A stretch of DNA of 64,000 nt from a virus. The stretch's first letter is position 1, and every line of letters starts with the position of its first letter. The notes under the pieces are model-generated. The model searched no databases. It saw only the letters and a list, made by a program, of their open reading frames with translations, and was not told the DNA's origin. Shown in pieces: positions 56,733 to 64,000 of this stretch. A program made the position numbers and the translations under genes. Location of the stretch: positions 27,807-91,806 of IMG/VR virus record IMGVR_UViG_3300031957_001651; one strand, written 5' to 3'.

Positions 56733-56876
56733 ATGATAAGTAAAAATACTCCATCGAAACTTGCCGAGATCACCCGTGATACTTGGCCACAACTGTACTA
56801 CTTAAAAGGAATGAAAAAAAATGACTACAAGCACACTCAATCCACCACAGAGAGGATGGTTCGATGTCCTCGATGA
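56733..56876 (+). CDS. Small peptide upstream of and overlapping psbD ([14 protein letters not shown])
   Basis: Read from sequence; 47 aa. Confidence 0.45.
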   Translation: MISKNTPSKLAEITRDTWPQLYYLKGMKKNDYKHTQSTTERMVRCPR

Positions 56877-57876
56877 CTGGCTTAAGCGGGATCGTTTCGT
56901 TTTTGTTGGCTGGTCTGGACTTCTTCTTCTACCCACTGCTTATCTTGCTATTGGGGGTTGGCTTACTGGCACGACTTTCGCAACGAGCTGGTATACCCAT
57001 GGTCTCGCTAGTTCCTATCTTGAGGGTGCAAACTTTCTTACAGCAGCAGTTAGCACTCCAGCTGACGCTATGGGTCATTCTCTTCTTCTTCTCTGGGGTC
57101 CTGAGGCTCAGGGAGATTTCGTCCGTTGGATCCAACTTGGGGGACTCTGGAATTTTGTGGCACTCCACGGAGCATTTGCCCTCATTGGTTTCATGCTTCG
57201 TCAATTCGAGTTGGCTAGGTTAATTGGAATTCGTCCGTACAATGCTATTGCGTTCTCTGGGCCTATCGCTGTTTTTGTCAGTGTGTTTCTCATCTATCCT
57301 CTCGGACAGTCCAGTTGGTTCTTTGCGCCGTCGTTTGGTGTTGCAGCGATCTTTAGGTTCCTACTCTTCCTACAGGGCTTCCATAACTGGACGCTCAACC
57401 CATTCCATATGATGGGAGTTGCTGGTATACTGGGAGGAGCATTGCTATCAGCAATCCATGGTGTAACTGTAGAGAATACATTGTATGAAGACGGTGAACA
57501 GGCAAACACATTTAAAGCCTTCGATTCCACTCAAGAAGAAGAGACCTATTCGATGGTTACTGCGAACCGTTTCTGGTCGCAAATCTTCGGGGTTGCGTTT
57601 AGCAATAAGCGTTGGTTGCACTTCTTTATGTTGTTTGTTCCTGTCATGGGTCTTTGGACATCTTCTATTGGCATCATTGGGCTTGCTCTTAATCTTCGTG
57701 CCTATGATTTTGTGAGTCAAGAGATTCGTGCAGCAGAAGATCCTGAATTTGAGACTTTCTACACAAAGAACATCCTACTCAATGAAGGACTACGTGCTTG
57801 GTTGGCACCTGCTGATCAACCTCATGAAAACTTCATTTTTCCAGAGGAAGTATTACCTCGTGGAAATGCATTGTGA
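56821..57876 (+). CDS. psbD: Photosystem II D2 protein
   Basis: [34 protein letters not shown]. Confidence 0.99.
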   Translation: MTTSTLNPPQRGWFDVLDDWLKRDRFVFVGWSGLLLLPTAYLAIGGWLTGTTFATSWYTHGLASSYLEGANFLTAAVSTPADAMGHSLLLLWGPEAQGDFVRWIQLGGLWNFVALHGAFALIGFMLRQFELARLIGIRPYNAIAFSGPIAVFVSVFLIYPLGQSSWFFAPSFGVAAIFRFLLFLQGFHNWTLNPFHMMGVAGILGGALLSAIHGVTVENTLYEDGEQANTFKAFDSTQEEETYSMVTANRFWSQIFGVAFSNKRWLHFFMLFVPVMGLWTSSIGIIGLALNLRAYDFVSQEIRAAEDPEFETFYTKNILLNEGLRAWLAPADQPHENFIFPEEVLPRGNAL

Positions 57877-58091
57877 ATAGTTTTGAAGTCTCACTTTACT
57901 TTATATGCTTTGCTCTCATTGCTGGTGCTGCCTTTGCTATGATGTGGAGTAACATTCAATCTATTAACATAGAGATGAGGAATCCTCCCAAACCAAAGCA
58001 TCCTGAAGCACCACAGGCAGGTGAAGAGTTGATGTATGTAGATCTGTCTAGAGAAAAACTAGAAGACCTTTACAAACAAACTGAAGAATGA
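57873..58091 (+). CDS. Small membrane protein (DUF2973-like)
   Basis: TM plus HPEAP..ELMYVD. Confidence 0.65.
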   Translation: MNSFEVSLYFICFALIAGAAFAMMWSNIQSINIEMRNPPKPKHPEAPQAGEELMYVDLSREKLEDLYKQTEE

Positions 58092-58097
58092 TATACT

Positions 58098-58120
58098 AAG
58101 GACCTACGAGTCCTTTTTTT
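58098..58120 (+). terminator. Terminator directly after a TTTACA-17-TATACT promoter
   Basis: AAGGAC/GTCCTT plus T-run. Confidence 0.7.
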
Positions 58121-58318
58121 ATGTTGACTATTGCAAATTACCTGACAGCATTTTGGACCGTCGTAGTGATGAACTGTATTCAACCAGCCAATTGGCAATA
58201 CTGTTATCGTATTGATCAATGGTTATTACCAGATCTTTATCAGGGTGCTCAAATATACCTTGACAAAAGAATGGATTTCTTGTATAAATCAGAACGGGAG
58301 TACCTAAAAGATATATGA
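58121..58318 (+). CDS. Hypothetical protein
   Basis: FWTVVVMNCIQPANWQYC. Confidence 0.65.
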   Translation: MLTIANYLTAFWTVVVMNCIQPANWQYCYRIDQWLLPDLYQGAQIYLDKRMDFLYKSEREYLKDI

Positions 58319-58962
58319 AAATTTTCCTAGACACAGCAGACACAGAACTTATTCGCAATTATTTTGAGACTGGACTAGTTGATGGTGTCACAACTAATCC
58401 ATCATTGATTATGAAGTCAGGACGAGATCCTGAAGTCGTATATCAAGAGATCAAAGACATTGGTGTGCAAGACATCAGTATGGAAGTCATGGGTGATGCT
58501 CAGACTATGTTGAATGAAGCAATCCGACTGGTTGATAAGTTTGGTAGTGTGAGCACAATTAAACTTCCTATGACCCGTGATGGTCTAAAAGTCTGTAAGG
58601 AACTCTCTAAAGAGAAGGTTCGCACTAACGTAACATTGATCTTCTGTGCTGCTCAGGCAGTCCTAGCAGCAAAGGCTGGTGCAACTTATGTCTCACCTTT
58701 TGTAGGACGTTTGGATGACCAGTCAGTGGCAGGTCTGGAGGTCGTTCGTTCTATCTCTGAACTCTATCGGATCCATCGTATGGAAACTCAGGTTCTTGCA
58801 GCATCAATCCGCAATGTTCAACGTGCAATTCGTTCCTGGTACAATGGTGCTGAGATCTGCACAATGCCACCCAAGGTATTTGATGGAATGTACGATCACA
58901 TTCTTACTGATGCTGGTCTTGAGATCTTTGATCGTGATGCTGCTAAAATTGTAAAGCAATGA
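58315..58962 (+). CDS. talC: Transaldolase (TalC/MipB)
   Basis: FLDTAD, GVTTNPS, IKLP, NVTL, YVSPFVGRLDD. Confidence 0.97.
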   Translation: MKIFLDTADTELIRNYFETGLVDGVTTNPSLIMKSGRDPEVVYQEIKDIGVQDISMEVMGDAQTMLNEAIRLVDKFGSVSTIKLPMTRDGLKVCKELSKEKVRTNVTLIFCAAQAVLAAKAGATYVSPFVGRLDDQSVAGLEVVRSISELYRIHRMETQVLAASIRNVQRAIRSWYNGAEICTMPPKVFDGMYDHILTDAGLEIFDRDAAKIVKQ

Positions 58963-59183
58963 CTCAACTAATTGATTCTGCAGACCCACAATATTTCACA
59001 CAAACCTCTGACGGTACATATGACCGCCATACTTACAAGTTAACTGTACCTGGATATAATTCTATAGTAATTGAAGACTATGAAATTCTTCGGGCAGTAT
59101 GGTTTGAACAATGCAGAAACTTCAAAGGTTGTAAGGTAGAAGTATTGGATGCAACAAAGAAATCGAATAAAGGATTTGGATGA
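58959..59183 (+). CDS. Hypothetical protein
   Basis: YDRHTY..C-terminal KGFG. Confidence 0.7.
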   Translation: MTQLIDSADPQYFTQTSDGTYDRHTYKLTVPGYNSIVIEDYEILRAVWFEQCRNFKGCKVEVLDATKKSNKGFG

Positions 59184-59248
59184 CTAAATAAAAACATGAG
59201 AGTTGGAACACTCTATATGCAAAGTCAAAATTACTTTTAATACTCTCT

Positions 59249-59281
59249 AGGCAAGATCCATTATGGGTCTGCCTTTTTTTT
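59249..59281 (+). terminator. Terminator-like hairpin just upstream of HNH gene
   Basis: AGGCAAGATCC/GGGTCTGCCT plus T-run. Confidence 0.7.
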
Positions 59282-59299
59282 GTCCTTTACTCGTATCGC

Positions 59300-59686
59300 A
59301 TGGAACTTTACGCATCTCCTCAAGGATATCTCTATAACTTGCACACCGTAAATAGAAAGGAAGCTAGAAAAATGTGGAGAAAGAGAATTAAAGAACAGTG
59401 GGATAATCAATGTGCCTATTGTGGTTCTACTGAAAATCTAACCATAGACCATGTAGTTCCAAAGTCAAAAGGAGGAACTAACTATACAACAAATGTTGTT
59501 TGCTCTTGCCTATCATGTAACGGATCTAAAGCAAATGCAGAGTGGCAAGAATGGTATTTAAATCAAGAATTTTTCCAGGAAGTAAATAAACGAAAAATTC
59601 AGGACTGGATAGGACATCAAGAGGACGGTAAAGTCAAGTTATATCAATATAAACCTAGAAGAAATTTTATCCCAGGAGTAGCATAA
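59300..59686 (+). CDS. HNH endonuclease
   Basis: CAYCG, TIDHVVPKSKGG, NVVCSCLSCNGSK. Confidence 0.92.
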   Translation: MELYASPQGYLYNLHTVNRKEARKMWRKRIKEQWDNQCAYCGSTENLTIDHVVPKSKGGTNYTTNVVCSCLSCNGSKANAEWQEWYLNQEFFQEVNKRKIQDWIGHQEDGKVKLYQYKPRRNFIPGVA

Positions 59687-59713
59687 TCCTATATAAAAAT
59701 TGAATGTGTAATT

Positions 59714-59740
59714 AGGAGTCTAAATTATAGACTCCTTTTT
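59714..59740 (+). terminator. Rho-independent terminator
   Basis: AGGAGTCTA/TAGACTCCT plus T-run. Confidence 0.85.
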
Positions 59741-59790
59741 GTTGCATATTAAAAAATATCTGGTATAATTATACTGTTTGGAGGAATTCT

Positions 59791-60039
59791 ATGTACACAA
59801 TTTATTCAAAGCATGGTTGTCCATATTGTGACAAAATTAAGCATATTATGGAACTTGCAGAACAGAAGCATGTTGTTTATCAACTTGGACTCGATTACAC
59901 TCGTGAAGAATTCTACACGATGTTTGGAAATGGTTCTACCTTTCCTCAAGTAGTTCTTAATGCCGATGATGATGATTCAGTTAAACTTGGTGGTTGTACT
60001 GAAACAGTTGCATATCTAAAGGAGCAGAAAGTAATCTAA
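59791..60039 (+). CDS. nrdC: Glutaredoxin (T4 NrdC-like)
   Basis: CPYC, TFPQV, LGGC. Confidence 0.92.
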   Translation: MYTIYSKHGCPYCDKIKHIMELAEQKHVVYQLGLDYTREEFYTMFGNGSTFPQVVLNADDDDSVKLGGCTETVAYLKEQKVI

Positions 60040-60398
60040 TGAAACAAAAATTAGCAGAAGTCTATATCCTTATTGAAGGTGCTGTAGATGATGCGTTTTT
60101 GAGACAGAACTTAAATTTAAGGTTATATGATTATTTAAAACAAAATAATTTTACCAGAGATGATTTAGGTGAGATATTAGATAGTTCAAGTGCTAATAGT
60201 ATCTCATCTATAAGTTCAGAACTTAGTGATTACCTTGAAGGTGGTTCTGATAATGAACATAAGCAGCTTCGTGAAGCATATGGATATCTATCAAAACCAC
60301 TTGCAAGAAAAGTGAAAATATATTTAGACAGCATATTAGATGATGTAGTAAGGTATAGAAATGACAAGGGAAAAAGGATCCGAAAAAGATCTAAATAA
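60039..60398 (+). CDS. Conserved cyanophage hypothetical protein
   Basis: YLEGG..HKQLREAYG. Confidence 0.7.
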   Translation: MKQKLAEVYILIEGAVDDAFLRQNLNLRLYDYLKQNNFTRDDLGEILDSSSANSISSISSELSDYLEGGSDNEHKQLREAYGYLSKPLARKVKIYLDSILDDVVRYRNDKGKRIRKRSK

Positions 60399-60570
60399 GA
60401 AAGATATCCGCGTTGACCGTGGATTGGAACTTATGTTAGAATCTGGGAGGGAGATCGTAAAACCACAAGAAAAAGCATTTGAATTTAAAATTAAGTTGTT
60501 TAAGTTTGAAATGACTTTGGAAATAAAAAAACGTTCTCAGGGAGAGTATCCATGCAAGCAGCAATCATAG
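60361..60570 (+). CDS. Hypothetical protein
   Basis: Packed ORF. Confidence 0.5.
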   Translation: MTREKGSEKDLNKKDIRVDRGLELMLESGREIVKPQEKAFEFKIKLFKFEMTLEIKKRSQGEYPCKQQS

Positions 60571-60785
60571 CAATCAGCATCGTGTTAGGAATATGTTTAC
60601 TAGCACTCGGTTTAGTTATTGGATTTCTAGTGAAAGAGAACTTATATTCCTATAAGGGATATACACACCCAGAGATGTTTGACCAAAATGGTAACATCCT
60701 ACCAGATGAAATTTTAGCAGTACGATTTGAAAACAGTTATGACGACTACTACGAAAAAGAAGACGACGACGACAGCTCTTCCTGA
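60552..60785 (+). CDS. Small membrane protein
   Basis: TM plus HPEMFDQNGN..AVRFE. Confidence 0.7.
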   Translation: MQAAIIAISIVLGICLLALGLVIGFLVKENLYSYKGYTHPEMFDQNGNILPDEILAVRFENSYDDYYEKEDDDDSSS

Positions 60786-61302
60786 ACTTCCAACAAATGC
60801 TTTTATGCATGAAATTCTTGAGGTAGTTTCTAAGCAACGTAGTAATGCGAAGAAAGTGGAGGCACTCAAAAAGTATGATTGTCTCCCACTCAAGAGCATT
60901 CTGATTTGGAACTTTGATGAAAGTGTAATCTCGTTGCTTCCTCCTGGAGAAGTTCCATATGGAAATCTTAAAGAGGATGTGACAGCATCTGGAAACCTAT
61001 CAGATAAGATTAGAGTATCTTCACAGACACAAAATTCTATTGCCGAAGAATCTCAACGGGCAAAGAAAACTTCTATACGAAAAGAATCTACAAAACTTTA
61101 TAATTTTGTGAAAGGTGGTAATGATTCTTTATCTTCTATCCGAAGAGAAGTAATGTTTATTAATATTCTTGAAGGTTTGCATCCTGAAGAGGCAGAAATT
61201 CTTGTTCTTATTAAAGATGGAAATTTATCTAATAAGTATAAAATTTCTTTTGATAATGTAAAGCAGGCATATCCAGACATTACTTGGGGAGGACGTAGTT
61301 GA
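60739..61302 (+). CDS. Conserved T4-like hypothetical protein
   Basis: LPPGEVPY, RREVMFINILEGLHPEEAE. Confidence 0.75.
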   Translation: MTTTTKKKTTTTALPELPTNAFMHEILEVVSKQRSNAKKVEALKKYDCLPLKSILIWNFDESVISLLPPGEVPYGNLKEDVTASGNLSDKIRVSSQTQNSIAEESQRAKKTSIRKESTKLYNFVKGGNDSLSSIRREVMFINILEGLHPEEAEILVLIKDGNLSNKYKISFDNVKQAYPDITWGGRS

Positions 61303-61559
61303 AATTTGTTATTCTCCATGAGGACTGCGATCCTAAACTAGCAGAAGACACATCTCTACCAACCAATTCATATATGGTAGAGTATGTTCTTGATAAAAAA
61401 ATCCATTATGATATCGTAATGGCAAATAAAAAGGTGGATATTTTTGATCATTATTATGATCTTTTTAGATATGATCTACTAACATTCAATCAAACTGCAG
61501 GAAGAATTAGACCTAACTTGTATGGATACAAAGCACCAGAAGAAAAGAAAAAGAAATGA
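61299..61559 (+). CDS. Hypothetical protein
   Basis: DIFDHYYD..GRIRPNLYG. Confidence 0.7.
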   Translation: MKFVILHEDCDPKLAEDTSLPTNSYMVEYVLDKKIHYDIVMANKKVDIFDHYYDLFRYDLLTFNQTAGRIRPNLYGYKAPEEKKKK

Positions 61560-61777
61560 ATAAAGGATTTGGTGGATTCTCTAATAATGAAATCGATGAT
61601 TCCTATAATGGAAAAGCAAAGGTTACAATTGATCAACGTGAAGTTGATAAACTTATGAAAGAATATAAGGGTATCAAGAAGTACATGAGATCTACAGTGT
61701 TTGAAGTCAAGAAACTTGACGGAACCGAAAAATATATTAGCTCACTCATTGAGGAAGCAAAGGATATTGAAATTTAA
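61556..61777 (+). CDS. Hypothetical protein
   Basis: ATGA overlap. Confidence 0.65.
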   Translation: MNKGFGGFSNNEIDDSYNGKAKVTIDQREVDKLMKEYKGIKKYMRSTVFEVKKLDGTEKYISSLIEEAKDIEI

Positions 61778-61789
61778 CTACAAAGTTTC

Positions 61790-61818
61790 TTGACAATCAG
61801 TCGAGATGCGTATATAAT
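61790..61818 (+). promoter_or_regulatory. Consensus sigma70 promoter
   Basis: TTGACA-17-TATAAT upstream of the operon containing purC and purM. Confidence 0.85.
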
Positions 61819-61841
61819 TTAAAAATATCAAACGCATTATT

Positions 61842-62036
61842 ATGGAATACAAACCTTATAGTCCTGAGTGGCATAGATTACGTTATCTTAAAGATGCGAT
61901 TGATAAATATCTTGATGACTACGTTGATGCAGAAGTTATCTTAGAAGATATTCAAACTATTCTTAAATATCGTTCTGAGAATGCTCTTGACGAGTATCAA
62001 CGAGTTTCAGACCTACAGAAAAAACTGCGAGACTAA
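61842..62036 (+). CDS. Hypothetical protein
   Basis: YKPYSPEWHR. Confidence 0.7.
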   Translation: MEYKPYSPEWHRLRYLKDAIDKYLDDYVDAEVILEDIQTILKYRSENALDEYQRVSDLQKKLRD

Positions 62037-62037
62037 C

Positions 62038-62352
62038 ATGATATCTACTCAATACAGACTAAGACTAGAGTCTATTTGTAGATGTATCGCAAATAAAGAA
62101 AATGTCCCACTTGAGGACATGATCTGGGCAGAAAAACTAGCAAAATCTCATACACTTGCTAGAGATTGGTTGCAGAAGGCAAGACGCCAAGCAGCACAAG
62201 ACATTGAAGAGGGCAGTATAGACGATTTTATGAATAGGATGGGACTAGGAGATCCCGACCCATCCAATCATAAAACGGGATTTGATAGTGCTGATGATAT
62301 TAAAGATTGGTTTCAACGTGATAAACCTGACGACTGGAGACAAAGAGATTAA
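62038..62352 (+). CDS. Conserved cyanophage hypothetical protein
   Basis: STQYRLRLESIC..DWFQRDKPDDWRQRD. Confidence 0.75.
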   Translation: MISTQYRLRLESICRCIANKENVPLEDMIWAEKLAKSHTLARDWLQKARRQAAQDIEEGSIDDFMNRMGLGDPDPSNHKTGFDSADDIKDWFQRDKPDDWRQRD

Positions 62353-63050
62353 TGGAAGTAATTATTGAAGGCAAAGTCAAAACTGTTTATCAGGGAGACG
62401 ATGCTGATCGTGTCATCATTGAGTATCATGATAAGGTAACTGCTGGGAATGGGGAGAAGGAAGATCATCCTTTAGGAAAAGGATCTCTCTGTTGTAGTAT
62501 TTCATCTATCATTTTTGAGAAACTTTCCAAAGAACATATCCCAACTCATTATATTAATATGGTTGGTGCGAACAAGATGATCTGTAAGAAAGTAGATATC
62601 GTTCCATTAGAAGTTATTTGTCGTAATCGTGCTGCTGGATCTATTGTTCGTGAGACAACTCTCCAAGAAGGTGCTCCACTACCACAACCGATTGTAGAAT
62701 TCTTTCTCAAGGATGATAGTAAGCATGACCCTCTACTTACACCAGACCGTGTGCGTCTGATGGGATATGATCCAGAACCTTTCATTGAGATGACACTACG
62801 GGTCAATGATTACCTTCGTCAGATGTTCTACATCATGGGTATTGATCTGGTTGACTTTAAGATTGAGTATGGTTATGATGCTCATGGTGATTTGTATCTT
62901 GCCGATGAGATCAGTCCTGATAGTATGAGACTATGGAAGATTGGTGGTGAGGAAAGATTTGATAAGGATCTATTCAGGAATGATGAAGGTGATATTGTAC
63001 CTGCCTATCGTGAGATCCTTGACCGACTACAACCCTTGGCAATCCAATGA
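62352..63050 (+). CDS. purC: SAICAR synthetase
   Basis: EGKVKTVY, PLEVICRN.AAGS, LVDFKIEYG, ADEISPDSMRLW, DKDLFR. Confidence 0.95.
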   Translation: MEVIIEGKVKTVYQGDDADRVIIEYHDKVTAGNGEKEDHPLGKGSLCCSISSIIFEKLSKEHIPTHYINMVGANKMICKKVDIVPLEVICRNRAAGSIVRETTLQEGAPLPQPIVEFFLKDDSKHDPLLTPDRVRLMGYDPEPFIEMTLRVNDYLRQMFYIMGIDLVDFKIEYGYDAHGDLYLADEISPDSMRLWKIGGEERFDKDLFRNDEGDIVPAYREILDRLQPLAIQ

Positions 63051-63322
63051 CTGAAAAACAACTTGACAAGATCCGTTTTAGATTTGGTGGAGGATGGTAT
63101 GATACTTGGTGGTTAGCAATCAGTGAAAGATTTGATTCATTAAACTCATTAGCATCATGGGAACCAGACTTCTTTGAACTTATTAATCAAGGATGGTTAG
63201 ATATGTATTATGTACCACCAACAGATGAAGATCGTAAGCAATCATTTATCAAGTCTATTACTATAAACAGTAACCCATACTACAACGAGAAGTATTACGG
63301 ATATGAAACACGAAATCCCTGA
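63047..63322 (+). CDS. Hypothetical protein
   Basis: ATGA overlap. Confidence 0.6.
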   Translation: MTEKQLDKIRFRFGGGWYDTWWLAISERFDSLNSLASWEPDFFELINQGWLDMYYVPPTDEDRKQSFIKSITINSNPYYNEKYYGYETRNP

Positions 63323-63575
63323 TGAGATTAGGAAGAACTGCTTTGCTTGTTTCACGAGTTTGAATCAAGCAGAGAGAGCAGTTGTTATGTATGGTGAGGA
63401 GGAGTATCGTAAATCATTAGACCTTGAGAATGATGATGCTCCCTGTTGGAAGATCCCAAGTAAGGAATCCACAACATTTGTAGGTTGGAACCCTATGTGT
63501 ATCCCAACAATGGATTACATAGTATGGAAACTAAAACGTCGTGAACAAATTGCCAGAGGTGAAATCATTGGATAA
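63303..63575 (+). CDS. Hypothetical protein
   Basis: TFVGWNPMCIPTMDYIVWKL. Confidence 0.7.
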   Translation: MKHEIPDEIRKNCFACFTSLNQAERAVVMYGEEEYRKSLDLENDDAPCWKIPSKESTTFVGWNPMCIPTMDYIVWKLKRREQIARGEIIG

Positions 63576-63741
63576 GTTGACAAACGAAGAGATGAGGTCT
63601 AAAATTAAAGAGTTTTCTGCACTTCTTAGAAGTCAAAGAGAACACTGGGATAAGGAAGATCAAATTGGATTCACATATTCTTGTGATCTAATCTCACAAT
63701 CACTCATCACATTATACATTCGACTAGGAAAAACTGACTGA
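63541..63741 (+). CDS. Hypothetical protein (start uncertain)
   Basis: TGATG coupling to purM. Confidence 0.5.
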   Translation: MNKLPEVKSLDKLTNEEMRSKIKEFSALLRSQREHWDKEDQIGFTYSCDLISQSLITLYIRLGKTD

Positions 63742-64000
63742 TGGACTACAAAACTTCTGGTGTTGACATTGAAAAAGGTAGAGCATTTGTAGAATATCTC
63801 AAGGTAATGGCACCTTCTATTGGTGGGTTCAATGGAATGATGGAGATCTCACCAGGATATGAGAAACCTGTGTTGGTATCTGGTGCTGATGGTGTCGGAA
63901 CTAAAATTAATATCTGTAGAATTGCTGATGATTACACCACTATTGGTCAGGATCTCGTTGCTATGTGCGTCAATGACGTTATATGTTCTGGTGCTAAACC
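63741..64000 (+). CDS. purM: AIR synthetase, 3'-truncated by window edge
   Basis: MDYKTSGVDIEKG, IGGF, SGADGVGTK, GQDLVAMCVND. Confidence 0.93.
   Translation, partial: MDYKTSGVDIEKGRAFVEYLKVMAPSIGGFNGMMEISPGYEKPVLVSGADGVGTKINICRIADDYTTIGQDLVAMCVNDVICSGAK

Noticed and set aside
55572-57876. Group I intron or homing endonuclease in or between psbA and psbD
   Set aside because: Both ORFs are continuous and of normal length, and the spacer is only 169 nt.
341-62806. Numerous short minus-strand and alternate-frame ORFs in the track
   Set aside because: They are nested in well-supported plus-strand genes and show no independent signals.
1-64000. CRISPR array, integrase or IS element
   Set aside because: No regularly spaced repeats, and no recombinase or transposase motifs were seen.

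Overview
This 64-kb window comes from a T4-like marine cyanomyophage. The Synechococcus-type host is inferred from psbA plus psbD, petE, gnd, talC, pstS and five tRNAs. Almost all genes lie on the + strand, in this order: (1) replication core (gp43 C-terminal part, uvsX, gp41, mazG) with 2OG-Fe(II) oxygenases between the core genes; (2) a late-promoter block of charged, probably head-packaged proteins, including a nucleotidyltransferase with a T4-like capsid-targeting N-terminus; (3) primase, nrdA, nrdB and endonuclease II; (4) a tRNA region with a pseudoknot-like leader; (5) an approximately 18.6-kb glycan island (hydroxylases, three fucosyltransferase-like enzymes, a NodU-like carbamoyltransferase, gmd/fcl/epimerase, several glycosyltransferases, an amidotransferase, methyltransferases) punctuated by repeated pseudoknot RNA modules; (6) an auxiliary metabolic region (hli x2, petF, peroxiredoxin, beta-barrel-like genes plus pstS behind a Pho box, petE, gnd, psbA, psbD, talC, grx, purC, purM) with many tiny membrane peptides and one minus-strand operon of secreted proteins. 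The best leads are the hydroxylase/O-fucosyltransferase/GDP-fucose system, the split covarying pseudoknot modules overlapping stop codons, the head-targeted nucleotidyltransferase with protease-cleavable modular proteins, HLR1 (RpaB)-like boxes on phage promoters, and the late envelope/secreted block before psbA. All family assignments are from motif recognition by eye; no database searches were run.
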